From contig OZ024758.1 in assembly GCA_964016885.1 (NCBI GenBank), forward strand, positions 39,680,001 to 39,744,000: a stretch of DNA of 64,000 bases, in the 5' to 3' direction. The DNA is from Eledone cirrhosa. Lineage: Eukaryota. Both the position numbers and the translations under genes were made by a program. The notes under the pieces were generated by a model. That model was not told the origin of the DNA. It saw only the letters and a list, made by a program, of their open reading frames with translations, and ran no database searches. Positions 39,300-55,279 of this stretch are shown here, piece after piece; within the stretch, counting starts at the first letter, position 1; each line of letters begins with the position of its first letter.

Positions 39300-40507
39300 A
39301 TGTGTTGTTGTTAATGACACCGCTGCTGTAGCTGCCTTCCTCTTGTTAATGGTAGTGTTTGTTGGTAAGATGTTGGTGTATACACATATGTTGTTGTTGT
39401 TCTTAATGTCACCGCTGCTGTAGCTGCCTTCCTCTTGTTAATGGTAGTGTTTGTTGGTAAGATGTTGCTGTATACACATGTTGTTGTTGTTGTTAATGTC
39501 ACCGCTGCTGTAGCTGCCTTCCTCTTGTTAATGGTAGTGTTTGTTGGTAAGATGTTGGTGTATACACATATGTTGTTGTTAATGTCACCGCTGCTGTAGC
39601 TGCCTTCCTCTTGTTAATGGTAGTGTTTGTTGGTAAGATGTTGGTGTATACACATATGTTGTTGTTGTTAATTTCACCGCTGCTGTAGCTGCCTTCCTCT
39701 TGTTAATGGTAGTGTTTGTTGGTAAGATGTTGGTGTATACATATATGTTGTTGTTAATGTCACCGCTGCTGTAGCTGCCTTCCTCTTGTTAATGGTAGTG
39801 TTTGTTGGTAAGATGTTGGTGTATACACATATGTTGTTGTTGTTCATGTCACTGCTGCTGTTGTTGCCTTCCTCTTGTTAATGGTAGTGTTTGTTGGTAA
39901 GATGTTGGTGTATACACATATGTTGTTGTTGTTAATGTCACCGCTGCTGTAGCTGCCTTCCTCTTGTTAATGGTAGTGTTTGTTGGTAAGATGTTGGTGT
40001 ATACATATATGTTGTTGTTAATGTCACCGCTGCTGTAGCTGCCTGCCTCTTGTTAATGGTAGTGTTTGTTGGTAAGATGTTGGTGTATACACATATGTTG
40101 TTGTTAATGTCACCGCTGCTGTAGCTGCCTTCCTCTTGTTAATGGTAGTGTTTGTTGGTAAGATGTTGGTGTATACACATATGTTGTTGTTGTTAATGTC
40201 ACCGCTGCTGTAGCTGCCTTCCTCTTGTTAATGGTAGTGTTTGTTGGTAAGATGTTGGTGTATACACATATGTTGTTGTTGTTCATGTCACTGCTGCTGT
40301 TGTTGCCTTCCTCTTGTTAATGGTAGTGTTTGTTGGTAAGATGTTGGTGTATACACATATGTTGTTGTTGTTAATGTCACCGCTGCTGTAGCTGCCCTCC
40401 TCTTGTTAATGGTAGTGTTTGTTGGTAAGATGTTGGTGTATACACATATGTTGTTGTTGTTAATGTCACCGCTGCTGTAGCTGCCTTCCTCTTATTAATG
40501 GTAGTGA
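39300..40507. repeat. 86/89-bp minisatellite (~14 copies)
   Basis: Unit (TGT)nTAATGTCACCGCTGCTGTAGCTGCCTTCCTCTTGTTAATGGTAGTGTTTGTTGGTAAGATGTTGGTGTATACACATA. Confidence 0.95.
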
Positions 40508-42800
40508 TAATTGTTGGTGCTACCTATATCGGCTGTCAAGCTGGCTGCTCTATCAGCTTCTGTGAGTGATGCTCCAATGGCCTTCTTGACGGAAAATGCA
40601 GGTCAATGGCTTTTAAATAAATATATTCTCTATTTTTTTTTCTCTCTTTCTAATCCGATTCAATATCATCAATTGGAAAGACCAATGGAAACATTGTTTC
40701 CTTGGTCCAATCTGATGAGTTCCACTCCACTTGGTAAGTAAGAACGAAGATGTTGAGATTTGTTACCAAAAAATCACTAAAATCAAGATCCTGGGTTGGT
40801 ATAACTACCTGGTTTGTATGTGTTGCGGTATGGTATGTGGTGTGTTGTGGTGTGGTATGTGGTGTGATGTGATATGTGGTGTAGTGTGGTTTGGTGTGGT
40901 GTGGTATGTGGGGTGTTGTGGTGAGGCATGATGTGTATATTGTGGTGTGTGTGTGCAGGGTGATGTGTAGTGTAAAGAGGAAATTTTACACACATAGGAC
41001 CTAGAAGGGGTGTGTGAGGACTCTACCCCCTACAACCCTCTCAGAAATAAATGGCTGAAGAAAAAGAGAAGAAAGTTGTAAAGTATTTTCAAATGTGAAT
41101 TATTTTTTTAAAAAGTCAAAATTTCAACTGTCATTAAAGTACCATCCAACAAATATCAAAGTTATGCAATTGTTTTTATTTACACATGTGGATATTTTGT
41201 CAAATATAAACCAGTTAAGGTTTACAAAATAAACACATATAAATACATCAATGTTTTTGTTTTTTTTAAATGTAGTCATAAGGGTGACACTGTGGACATA
41301 GAAGAGAGAATAAGAGGGAGGAAGTGAGATAGAAATATAGAGAGGAAGAACAGACCCCAGTGGTAGACTGGTATTGTTTTTATCAACCTTGAATGGACGA
41401 AAGAAAGTTGACCTCAGCAGGATTTAAACCCAGAGAGCAGAGAACCAGGATAAATATGGCAGAAAACATTCTATCTATTGTTTTATAGACTTTAAATAAA
41501 TGTTTCTACATTTGACTCAAGGCCAGCAATTTGAAGAGAAAGGGGAATGCCAATTAAATCAGGCCCAGTGCATTACTGGTATTGTTTTTTATCAACCTTG
41601 AATGGATGAAAGTCAAAGTAGAACATGGCATGATTTAAACCCAGAACATAAAGGGTTGTAACTTTATGACACAAAGCATATCGTATGACACTCTACTGAT
41701 TCTGCAAATCCATCACCTTCAACAATGAAATGAGATTGTGTCTCTGTAAGAGCCCTTAATGACAAATAATACAGGGTGTATTTGTTAATTACAATACAAA
41801 ACCTCTGCGAATCATTTCCAACATATTTCACCATAATAAATGTTCTTCAATATATATTAATATTATTATTATTTTCTGCTAGCATGTGTAGTGTGTATAT
41901 TGATATTATACGCAGGTATATATATACATGTAGACATGATACTTCAAATAAAATCATAATTGACAATATATAATACATAGAAAATGTACAAAGACTGTGT
42001 TACACTCTCTTATTTAACCAGTAACGTAATCCATGATACATTAAAAAAGACAATATTATATATAAACTGCATTAGGAGAAAATTAGTGACGGTAATATAT
42101 GAATGTTTATTTAAGCGATGGCTAACCGGAAGTGTTGACATTTCAGAAATTTTAAAGAGATGAATCTTTAAACAAAATATATTTAATCAACAGCCACGAA
42201 ATTTAGCAGATAAATTATGTAATATTCATTTATTATTCATTCATGCTTTGATGCATTGAGGTACGGCCCTTGCTATTCTGAGTTCAAATCCCACCGAGGT
42301 TAACTTTGCCTTTCATCCTTACAGGGTCGATAAAATATAGTACCAGTAATGTAGAAACAATTATTTATTCAAAGTAATGCAACTTATTTTACTAGTGGGA
42401 TAAAACATTATAAACCGTACACAGTCCCGCGCTCCTTACTTTAGATTTATTAGGTCAGCTGGATTGGCCATAACAATTCTACTCTTCTTTTTTAGATGTC
42501 ACAATCTCCCATGGTATTCCTGAGATCATTAATCTCCAGCTGGACATCTGATCTATGTAGGTCAATCTCAGTCATCCCACTAGGGTCTTACAATGTTTAG
42601 GTATCCACCACAATAGCCAGCTCATCCTACCCTCAGTAGCAATGTCCAGCTTATCTTGTCCTCCGCTCCCTAGTTATTGTGGTAATCTCTCTATCACCCA
42701 TCTCTCCCTCTCATCTCCTTCCCTTTTCATCCTTTTCTCTCCCCCCCTCTCTAAATAAAATATTTTTCCCAATATCACACATCAATCTAAAACCACTTTT

Positions 42801-43058
42801 CATATGTTGATTTAAAACTGCACTATCAACAAGTGTTTTTTTAGCCTTCATATCATGTTCTCCTGTTTTATCTGATGAAAACACAAATATTATTGTTTGA
42901 TGATGTTTGTTTTTGAAATGCGCATAATAAAATATATTGAACTCCTTTAACCATCTTTTGATCTTATATTATGCATACTCCAGTCCCACAAACTGTAGAG
43001 TGCTTCTTATCCGATATCTGCATTGCTTTATTGTACTACAATAAAACTCACCTCCTAC

Positions 43059-43060
<2 letters not shown>
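42801..43060 (+). mobile_element. Hammerhead mini-element, family B, single ~260-bp unit
   Basis: Matches 63035-63295 from the same 5' end CATATGTTGATTT; 3' end runs into (TA)n. Confidence 0.8.
42857..42942 (+). ncRNA. Type-I hammerhead ribozyme, family B
   Basis: CTGATGA at 42872-42878, GAAA at 42915-42918. Differences fall in loop II and the stem I internal-loop region. Confidence 0.8.
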
Positions 43061-43092
<32 letters not shown>

Positions 43093-43104
43093 ATATATAT
43101 ATAT

Positions 43105-45612
43105 ACTCTTTTACTCTTTTACCTGTTTCAGCCATCCGGCTGAGGCCATGCTGGGGCACCGCCCTTGTTGCTACACATTTTATCTCCAGCCTGTATAGGT
43201 TGGCCACTGGTGTAGGAGGGAGTTTGTTGCTGCTGCCCTTAGGTTTCCCTCGTGTCTTGCTGTGGGCTCATCCGGGATCCTGGATAACAAGGTGTCGAGA
43301 TGTTTCTTAAAGACACCACCTCCACGTCATGCAAGTCCCGCAGATGCCTCGGCAGCCTGTTGAAGAGTTGAGGGCCCTTGAATCCCAGGCTATTGCAATA
43401 CCTGCTCCTTATTCTATATGTGGAAGACGGGACCTTTGGCACCACACAGTGACGTCCTGTTCGACGGTTGGTCCAGCTCCCAATGCCAAAGTTTGGTGCT
43501 AGTCCATCCAGGATTTTCCACATGTAGATCACTGCGTATCTCTCCCGTCTTCGCTCCAAGGAGTAGAGGTTCAGTTCCTTTAGCCTCTCCCAGTAGCTTG
43601 TCTCCCTCATCTTGGCAATCCTCTTGGTGTAGCTTCGCTGGATTGCCTCAAGCTCCGTGGTTAGTTTGACACTATGGGGTGACCACAGCTGGGAGCAGTA
43701 GTCCAGGCGGCTTAGGACAAAAGTCCTCCACAGTTTCAACATGGTGTCTCGATCTCTTGTAAGGAAAGTCCTCAAGATCCAGCCAGCGAATCGTCTACAT
43801 GTTGTCGCCACCTTCATGATGTGTGAAGAAAAAGATGCATCATCGCTCATGTCTATGTCCAGGTCTCGTATCGATTTTGACACGGGGATATCGGTCCGTC
43901 CTGGTCCTGTGTAGCTGTGTTCCGCTATATTTGTGTTTGTGTTTGCAGGTTTGTATTGTAGGGCTTGGAATTTGCCAGCATTAAACTGCATGTTGTTTTC
44001 TTCCGCCCATCTGTATATGGCATCCAGATCCTGCTGTAAGAGGGCAGCGTCAGCCGGGTTTTTGATTGCCTGTGCTACCTTAGTGTCATCAGCATAGCTA
44101 GTGAGGGATGTTGTTGCATGCACCACAGAGGGCATGTCCGAGAGAGCCACCAAAAACAGTAGTGGTCCCTGGACTGTCCCCTGGGGCACCCCACTTGTTA
44201 TCGGTGTTTCCCTCGAGAGGGCCCCATTTGCTGCGACTGCCTGGCTTCTGTCCCTTAGGAATCCATGCAGCCACTCACCTACTTTTCCAGTTATGCCGAG
44301 TCCGTGTAGTTTGTGACATATCATTCCGTGGTCGACCTTGCCAAAGGCCTTCGCAAAGTCAAGATATATCACGTCTACATGTGAGCTGTCTAGTAGTTGT
44401 TTCAGTACCCAGTCGTAGTGATGTAGCAGCTGTGTAAGGCAGCTTCTTCCTGGGCGGAAGCCATGTTGCGTGCTAGTCAGGCGGTCATTTTCTTCGAGGA
44501 AAGTGATTAGTTTCTTTCTGACGATTCGCTCCATGACCTTACTGATATGCGACGTCAGGGAGACTGGCCTATAGTTCCTGGCCTCCGCTCTACTACCTCC
44601 TTTATGGATAGGGCATATTGTGCCTTCTTTCAGCTCCCTGGGTAGTACACCGCTAGCCAAGGAGCTTCTGAAGAGCATCTTCAGTGGAGTTGCTAAGGCC
44701 CGCTTACATATTTTTAGGAGAACTGCTGGGAATCCATCAGGTCCAGCAGCCGAGTCTGTTCTAATTTCATCAATGGCGTACACCACATCCTCCTCCGTTA
44801 TGTCTATGTGGTTGATGGTTGCCATTTCTTGATGTAGTGTTGTGGCATCAAAGAACTCCTCTGGCTTCGTTATTTGCATGTGCCTCAGTGGACATGTGAA
44901 GACACGTTTGTACTGTTCGTTCAGTATTTCACATATCTCTTGGGGATTTTCGGTTAATGAACCGTCCGTGTGGAAGAGTGGTCCAATCTTGCAGTGTACT
45001 GAGGCAGTTTCTTTTGCAAATTTAAAGAAGGCCTTAGGGTTTGTTTTAATGTTTTCTATGGCCCTGTTCTCTTTCCTTGCCCTCTCATTCTCATGTGAAA
45101 GCTTGAGTGCAATCTCGGTGTCAAGTAGTGCACGTTTCAAATAGGATTCCTTCTTGTTTTGGTTTTGTTGACTATTCAACTGGTTTGAGAGTTTAGTTCT
45201 ACGTCTCATAAGGATTTTCCTATCTCTGGGAATAAGATTTTTGTGTCTGTTTGCCTCTTTCTCCGGGACACACTTTTTGCATATGGTGTGTATCGTTGTC
45301 ATGAAGTGTTGAAATTGTGTGTTAGTGTCTTGTGTGGCGATGTTTGCACTCCATGTTTGCTTCCGGATTTCACTCTTAATCTTCTTCCAGTCAGCCCCGT
45401 AGAAGTTAAGGCTGGATAGCGTCCCGGAGCTTCTTGGTGGTTTTGTCTCTGTTGGTTCTCTTGGACCACATATCATTAGCTCTACCAAGTTATGATCCGA
45501 GAGAATTGTTGGTGTCACCTTTACATTGTGGATGAGCACTTCGTTGTTTGTAAAACAGAGGTCCAGGACATTTTCGCCTCTTGTTGGGAGGAGTATTGCT
45601 TGCTCCATGAAC
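43105..45612 (-). mobile_element. 5'-truncated CR1/Jockey-group LINE (end of APE endonuclease plus full RT)
   Basis: [58 protein letters not shown]. The ORF extension beyond 45612 is only (TA)n. Confidence 0.93.
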
Positions 45613-45629
45613 ATATATATATATATATT

Positions 45630-45700
<71 letters not shown>

Positions 45701-45715
45701 ATATATATATATATA

Positions 45716-45748
<33 letters not shown>

Positions 45749-45759
45749 GTGTATATGTA

Positions 45760-45935
<176 letters not shown>

Positions 45936-45981
45936 TAAAAAAATAATGAATAAAACAATGAAACAGTTCCTTATATTAAAC

Positions 45982-46131
<150 letters not shown>

Positions 46132-46186
46132 TAAAAAAATAATGAATAAAACAATGAAACAGTTCCTTATATTAAACAAAAAAAAG

Positions 46187-46341
46187 TTCATTATTTAACG
46201 ATCGTTTCTAGGATATATATGTGTTAGAATTGGCATGCATATTCAACAGATCTATGTACAAAATTATACAATATTATACAAACTATCAAAATTAAATATA
46301 CATACCAAACACATATATATGCCGTCTTCAGAAATAATGAA
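46187..46341 (-). ncRNA. Hammerhead ribozyme, family A variant
   Basis: Core conserved; stem I fully Watson-Crick; G-C to A-U covariation in stem II. Confidence 0.78.
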
Positions 46342-46978
46342 ATATATTTATTGATAATAACAACAATTCAAAATTTCAGGTCCGTTTGGGAACAGAGTTC
46401 AAATTGACCAATGAAAATACAAAAAATTTTATGCAGTTAGGTGTGTGTATATACATGTAATTAACTTCGTACACATATTTACATAAAGATATATGTTCAC
46501 ATGCATACGCATGCCAAAAAGATGTATGTAAATACAAAAATTCAAGGCTAATGTCTCTGTAAGTTTATAATCTACAGATAAAATGCGTATAGACACATAA
46601 ATATGAAATAAATGTATACACACATTCATATACTCACACATATTCGTACACATTCGTACACTATATGCATAAACATACACATAACTACGAACATACATAC
46701 ACACACACACCCCCACACACATATATATGTGCATATAGTATTATCATAAGCATATGGACATTAATGCACGCACATAAACACTGCCACACATATTTAGATC
46801 AGGATACAGAAATTAGGTGGGAGGGGGGGGGGAGAGGTCAGTATTCAACGGTTTCGGCAGACTGCCTATTTATAAATGTATCTATAAACTTAGAAATAAA
46901 AAGAAAAGAAAAAGAAAAAAGAAAAAAGAAAAAAGAAAAAAGAAATATATCAAGAAAATATATATATATATATACATC

Positions 46979-47022
<44 letters not shown>

Positions 47023-47388
47023 TATACATATATATATACACATATATACACACATATATATATATATATACACATATATATACACATATATACACACACA
47101 TATACACACACATATATATATACACATATACATACACATACATATATATATACAAACAAGTAAAATATAAAATATACATCGATATACATACATATAGACA
47201 TATAAATAAATACACACGCATACACACACATACATATACATACATATACATACACATATATACAAACACATACATACACATACATATACATACACATACC
47301 ATATAAATACACATACACATACACACACGCATACATATAGAGACACATACATATACACATATAAATACATAGACACATACACACATAA

Positions 47389-47425
<37 letters not shown>

Positions 47426-47447
47426 TACACACATATACACATACACG

Positions 47448-47488
<41 letters not shown>

Positions 47489-47539
47489 TCACAACACTCG
47501 TATATATATACACACTCATACATATACACATATATACAT

Positions 47540-47607
<68 letters not shown>

Positions 47608-47735
47608 TCACATCTACATACATATATATATATAAATACACTCATATATATACACACACACACATACATACCCACATATAAATATATATATATATATATA
47701 TAAATATATATATACACACATACACACATACACAT

Positions 47736-47790
<55 letters not shown>

Positions 47791-47898
47791 CACACACATA
47801 CACATATACACATATACATATATACACACACACACACACACCTACACATACATACAGATACACATATATAAAGATATATATACACACACACACATATA

Positions 47899-47935
<37 letters not shown>

Positions 47936-47944
47936 CATATATAC

Positions 47945-47975
<31 letters not shown>

Positions 47976-48233
47976 CACACATATACATACACACATACAC
48001 ACATGCATACATACACACACACATACATACACACACATACATACTCATACATAGACATAGATATATACTCACACACACATACGCACTTACATATACGCAT
48101 ATATACAAATACATACACATCCATATATGCGTATATACATACAAACACCACTACACGCTCACACACCTCAGACATACAAAGAAAAAGGTATATACATACA
48201 CATATATACACATATAAATAGAGATACATATAC

Positions 48234-48264
<31 letters not shown>

Positions 48265-48343
48265 CACACACGTACACACATAAACACACATACAAACACA
48301 TACATACACACATACATATATATATATATACACACACACAAAG

Positions 48344-48426
<83 letters not shown>

Positions 48427-48776
48427 CACATACATATATATACACATGCACACACATACATACATACATACATACACATACACATACATATATATAAAAA
48501 AATAAAGAAATAAGATAAATAAAAAAATAAATAAATTAATACACACAGTCAGACAAATATGCACACACATACATATACATATATGTATATATATATATAT
48601 ATATACACACACATATACACACACACATACATACATATACACATACATACACACACACATATATATACATACATATACACACATCAACTACAAATATATA
48701 ATATATATATATATATATACACACATATATACATATTTTCATATATATATATATACATATATATATTATAATAATA

Positions 48777-48809
<33 letters not shown>

Positions 48810-48812
<3 letters not shown>

Positions 48813-49365
48813 TGGCTGCCAACTCGCTCTCGAGTACGGCCACTACTTTATATCCATGTAGGAGAACCCCTACCGATGCGCTGAACGAGTGTGACTTTTT
48901 AGTCCAGCCAGCGACTTGAAAACTCTGGTACAAACACTACACTTGTGACAATCAATGACACATAGTGCTGGGCCCATGGTACCATGTGACGACAAGTGCA
49001 GAGAGATCTCCAGATATAAAGCAATGCCTGTGCCGTGAAGCTTTTATAGTGAGCAAAGGCACTGCACAAAGCCAGTCCCACTCTCTTAACCAAGATGATA
49101 TTTACCAAAAAAAAGAACAAGTCAACATCATTGGATACCATCAGGGTTGCAGGTGTTATATCAGAGTTTTCCTTCTCCTAGAATTCTGCCTTGACAAAGG
49201 CTAAGGGGTCATCTCTCCCAGTGATTTTGGATGGCCATTGACTCTTAAGAGCTCCTTTGCCCTTTGACAGGTTTTGTTTTTAGTCCTGCAGGATGTCCAA
49301 AGTCACCCTCCTCACCAAGAAACCTTGGTGGGGTTGCCAGTTTAGTCGCCAACGACCCGACCATG
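48810..49365. mobile_element. Unclassified ~550-bp insertion nested in a (TA)n of the PLE 3' region
   Basis: GC-richer sequence flanked by (TA)n; absent from the mirror arm at ~52660-52685. Confidence 0.65.
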
Positions 49366-49585
49366 ATATATATATACATACATATATATACACACACACT
49401 CACATATATATGCGCACATACGTACACATATACACATACACACATATACACATAGACATATACATGTGCATACATGTACATACACACATATACCCACATA
49501 GATACAAAGATACACATATATATAGAGAGACATACATATACACACACATATATACACACACATATATACACACATATATATACAT

Positions 49586-49630
<45 letters not shown>

Positions 49631-50824
49631 ATCATACACCCTTATTTGCATGCGCATATATGTATTTTTATACTTACATATAAACACCCAAACATATATA
49701 CACCTACCTACATATACATACATACATACACGCTTACAAATACAAATAATAATAGTAGGGGGGGGGGGAGGGGGGGGGGGGATTATAGTAAATATATGTT
49801 TCAAGAAACATAGAATATTAATCTGCATTTAGATCACAATATGTGTTTACATAGTTTCAGTATTAGGAAATGCAAGAAAGAAGGCAAAACTATGCATTTC
49901 AATATAAGTATACCATTAATTATAGGTTAACTAAACTAAAGTTAGTTAATATATTGATTTCTAAGGTGTAAATTACTTAGGTTTATAATATTTGAAGCAG
50001 AATTTTGAAGTTAAATAGTAGTAGAGTATTAATTATAGTATAACTAAATTAAAATTATTAACGTTATGGTATCAATATTAGGAAATGAATTTAGTAATAG
50101 GGAAAAAACAAATAAAGTATTACATCGGTAGTAGAATATAAATTATAGGTTAACTAAATTAAAAATTATATATTAATTTCTATAGTATATGTTAATTAGG
50201 TATATAATAAATAAAACAGATATTGTATTTTATCAATAGTAGAATATAATTATAGGTAAACAGAAATTAAAATTAATACATACACATATACATATACATA
50301 CATATATATATACACATATATATACATATATACACATACATAAATATACATACATATACATATTTTTTCAAAAATTGCAAAGAATATATTAACTAGGTAT
50401 ACATCCAAAACCTATCCCATTCTATGATTACATGACACTCTGCAATCCATCTGTATTAGGATACTATTTTTAAGCCAATTAAATTAAATTTTTAGGTTGA
50501 CCACATTTAAAACCAAATTATAAATATATTTCTAAAATGTATATTAATTAGGTCTATAATACTAAAAATTATTTCTCTGTCATTGAATACACGATATTTT
50601 GTTATATTTTATCTGTAAAGGAATTTTAATAAAGGGTTAAATAAATTAAAATTAATCTATAAATTAAATTACTAAGTATATATTAGTAATATTTAAAGGT
50701 TTTTCACAATTTATGATTACACAATATTTGATATTCTCATCTGTAGTAGAATTTTAATTAAATTAAATTTATAGGTTAACTAACATTTAAATTAAATTAT
50801 ATATTAATTTCTAAAATAATGTTA

Positions 50825-51621
50825 TTAATTAGGTTTATAATATTTAAATGTTTTTTTTAGTTTATGATTACACGATATAATTAATTCCTGTCGTTTATTT
50901 AATAGGATATCCTTAGATTTCATTATTTCAAATAGTTCTTGGGAACATAATCTACATTCATTTCTATTATTTTGATAAGGGGTGGCTCTTTTGAGCACAC
51001 TCCAGGTCAAATCATATTCTATATTCTTATTTTTATAACTATTGATTTTTTCTGCTAGAGATGTTGTATTAGCCAGTGCGGCATTTTTAAAAACTATGTT
51101 TGTGGTTATTAAACCTTGTCTTAAAATTGTTAGAAGTAGCTCCTATATATGAGCAAATAGAATCTTTAGTTTTAACATTACATTTATAAACTATGTTGTT
51201 AACAAGACAATTTCCTTTTAATGGGCAGTTTGCTTTGTTTCTACAGTTACAACCTTTCGTTAATTCTGTATTTGAGGAGATATTATGGTTAGTTTGATGT
51301 ATTGGTGGTATACTTATGGTTTTCTTACATTTATATGCATTATAGGCACTTATATTTTGTTTTATGTTATTTGTTGTTGAGTATGAGAATTTAACTGTAG
51401 ACCTATTTAAGATTTGATGGTATTTGTGGTTTGGCGGGAAGTTTTTCTCTAGGATATAAAAACATTTTTTAGCAATATTATCCTTAATTTGTAAATTAAA
51501 TGGAGCATTATACCAAGTAACCCGTCTATTACGGTTTCTATGTTGTTTATTATTTTTATTATTTTTATAGGTTGTATCGTGATGTTTACTAGGAGGATTA
51601 ATGTTAATGATCTCACCACAA
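50825..51621 (-). pseudogene. PLE GIY-YIG domain remnant with a frameshift
   Basis: Peptides nearly identical to the C-terminus of the 812-aa ORF; a 1-nt frameshift near 51090 creates a stop. Confidence 0.9.
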
Positions 51622-52383
51622 TATATTCTTTGCAATTTTTGAAAAAATATGTATATGTATGTATATTTATGTATGTGTATATATGTATATATATGTGTAT
51701 ATATATATGTATGTATATGTATATGTGTATGTATTAATTTTAATTTCTGTTTACCTATAATTATATTCTACTATTGATAAAATACAATATCTGTTTTATT
51801 TATTATATACCTAATTAACATATACTATAGAAATTAATATATAATTTTTAATTTAGTTAACCTATAATTTATATTCTACTACCGATGTAATACTTTATTT
51901 GTTTTTTCCCTATTACTAAATTCATTTCCTAATATTGATACCATAACGTTAATAATTTTAATTTAGTTATACTATAATTAATACTCTACTACTATTTAAC
52001 TTCAAAATTCTGCTTCAAATATTATAAACCTAAGTAATTTACACCTTAGAAATCAATATATTAACTATCTTTAGTTTAGTTAACCTATAATTAATGGTAT
52101 ACTTATATTGAAATGCATAGTTTTGCCTTCTTTCTTGCATTTCCTAATACTGAAACTATGTAAACACATATTGTGATCTAAATGCAGATTAATATTCTAT
52201 GTTTCTTGAAACATATATTTACTATAATCCCCTTCTCCCCCCCCCCTTTCCCCCCCTACTATTATTATTTGTATTTGTAAGCGTGTATGTATGTATGTAT
52301 ATGTAGGTAGGTGTATATATGTTTGGGTGTTTATATGTAAGTATAAAAATACATATATGCGCATGCAAATAAGGGTGTATGAT

Positions 52384-52446
<63 letters not shown>

Positions 52447-52653
52447 ATGTATATATATGTGTGTATATATGTGTGTGTATATATGTGTGTGTATATGTAT
52501 GTCTCTCTATATATATGTGTATCTTTGTATCTATGTGGGTATATGTGTGTATGTACATGTATGCACATGTATATGTCTATGTGTATATGTGTGTATGTGT
52601 ATATGTGTACGTATGTGCGCATATATATGTGAGTGTGTGTGTATATATATGTA

Positions 52654-52688
<35 letters not shown>

Positions 52689-52733
52689 TATTATTATAAT
52701 ATATATATGTATATATATATATGAAAATATGTA

Positions 52734-52775
<42 letters not shown>

Positions 52776-53034
52776 TTGTAGTTGATGTGTGTATATGTAT
52801 GTATATATATGTGTGTGTGTATGTATGTGTATATGTATGTATGTGTGTGTGTATATGTGTGTGTGTATATATATATATATACATATATGTATGTGTGTGC
52901 ATATTTGTCTGACTGTGTGTATTAATTTATTTATTTTTTTATTTATCTTATTTCTTTATTTTTTTATATATATGTATGTGTATGTGTATGTATGCATGTA
53001 TGTATGTGTGTGCATGTGTATATATATGTATGTG

Positions 53035-53081
<47 letters not shown>

Positions 53082-53160
53082 CTTTGTGTGTGTGTATATA
53101 TATATATATGTATGTGTGTATGTATGTGTTTGTATGTGTGTTTATGTGTGTACGTGTGTG

Positions 53161-53191
<31 letters not shown>

Positions 53192-53449
53192 GTATATGTA
53201 TCTCTATTTATATGTGTATATATGTGTATGTATATACCTTTTTCTTTGTATGTCTGAGTTGTGTGAGCGTGTAGTGGTGTTTGTATGTATATACGCATAT
53301 ATGGATGTGTATGTATTTGTATATATGCGTATATGTAAGTGCGTATGTGTGTGTGAGTATATATCTATGTCTATGTATGAGTATGTATGTGTGTGTATGT
53401 ATGTGTGTGTGTATGTATGTATGTGTGTATGTGTGTATGTATATGTGTG

Positions 53450-53480
<31 letters not shown>

Positions 53481-53489
53481 GTATATATG

Positions 53490-53524
<35 letters not shown>

Positions 53525-53647
53525 TATATGTGTGTGTGTGTATATATATCTTTATATATGTGTATCTGTATGTATGTGTAGGTGTGTGTGTGTGTGTATA
53601 TATGTATATGTGTATATGTTGTATATATGTATATGTGTATATGTGTA

Positions 53648-53716
<69 letters not shown>

Positions 53717-53844
53717 ATGTGTATGTGTGTATGTGTGTATATATATATATTTATATATATATATATATATTTATATGTGGGTATGTATGTGTATGTGTGT
53801 ATATATATGAGTGTATTTATATATATATATGTATGTAGATGTGA

Positions 53845-53875
<31 letters not shown>

Positions 53876-53914
53876 ATAAGTAAATAACAAAGAACGCTTA
53901 TAGCATATGCATAT

Positions 53915-53972
53915 CTTTATTTGCTAACATTGTTTCATCCACACTATAAGTGGGACTCATCAGAGCATAAAG
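53915..53972 (-). ncRNA. Type-I hammerhead ribozyme, family C
   Basis: Reverse complement of the 55932-55989 motif; differs only in the 2-nt stem I bulge (AA vs AG). Confidence 0.85.
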
Positions 53973-55232
53973 GTTAATTACATACCTGTGGCGGACCCGT
54001 GCCATCCTGCCGTAAGCAGTGGATACGTGGCGCATATATGTGTTGCCCTCATATTCTGTGGTTCAAGATCTACAGGCTGACCTCTGGGAACTCTTACCCG
54101 GGGTTGTAGTCTTTCTAGCACGATCGGCCTTCCTTATATTGACGGTCGTTTTTATGATCCCGAAAGTAACGTTTTGGCCCCGATGGCCCTCCGTAGTTAC
54201 TAACGGTCTGTGTACACTCGAATCGGTCAATGGCACGTGCAGACATGAATATCTCCGTAGGATTTCAACTTTATTTTAATACATCTCATCGTATGTATTT
54301 GTTTTGAATATATTACCTGTGGTGGTGGGTCTCATCTAATGTGGTATTTCGGTGTTTAATATTTAATATTGTATTTAATATCGTATTTAATATCGGCTTT
54401 GACCCGGGTGTCCTACGCTGTGTGTGTGTGCGTGTGTGCCCGTGTATACATTTATATGTGTATGGGTGTAGGTGGTTATATGTGTCTGTGTGTATATATA
54501 AAAAAATATATATATATATATATGTATACCGTCTCTGCATGTGCATGTGGTGTGTATACGTGCATATACGTACTGAACATATTGATGTGTATAATCTTGT
54601 GATGTCCCAATGCGGTGACTTAATGGCTCTTGAAGCTATCTTTTTATATTTTGTATGCGCTACAACTGTATCTGCTTGCTTTAACCCCACGCTTGCTAAT
54701 GCATGTGAATTCTTCTACCTCCTTTGATGCACCTCTCTGACCATTTGACTCCTGCCCGTGTTGAACCGGTTTGTGATTACCCCACCGCTCGAGTGATACT
54801 GGTGACTGTGACACTTAGCGCCTTCGTGGGCCCCTGATGTTTTCAAGAAATGTGTTTTAAAAAAAAATTGGTGTGTGAACCGGTTTGTGATTACCCCACC
54901 GCTCAACTGTGTGAATGCACACCCATGACTTTCGAGTGAACTTTCGAGACTGCCCAACCTGGGACGCCTCCATTGCCTTGCAATGGTCAAGTGATACTGG
55001 TGACTGTGACACTTAGTGCCTTCGTGGGCCCCTGATGTTTTCAAGAAATATGTTTTGAAAAATTGGTCAAGTGATACACATAACTGTGACATTTAGTGCC
55101 TTCGTGGGCCCCTGATATATTCAAGAGATATATTCTAAAAAAATATATATCTTATCTCAATTTACTTTATTTCATTTTATTTTATTTCATTTCATGTTAT
55201 CTAATTTTATTTATTTACTTACTTGACTCCAT

Positions 55233-55279
<47 letters not shown>

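Noticed and set aside
38578-39300. GC-richer segment with short ORFs
   Set aside because: No recognisable domain or consistent splice sites; left unclassified.
39300-40507. Coding Thr-rich repeat
   Set aside because: Unit lengths of 86/89 bp are not multiples of three, so the frame breaks every unit.
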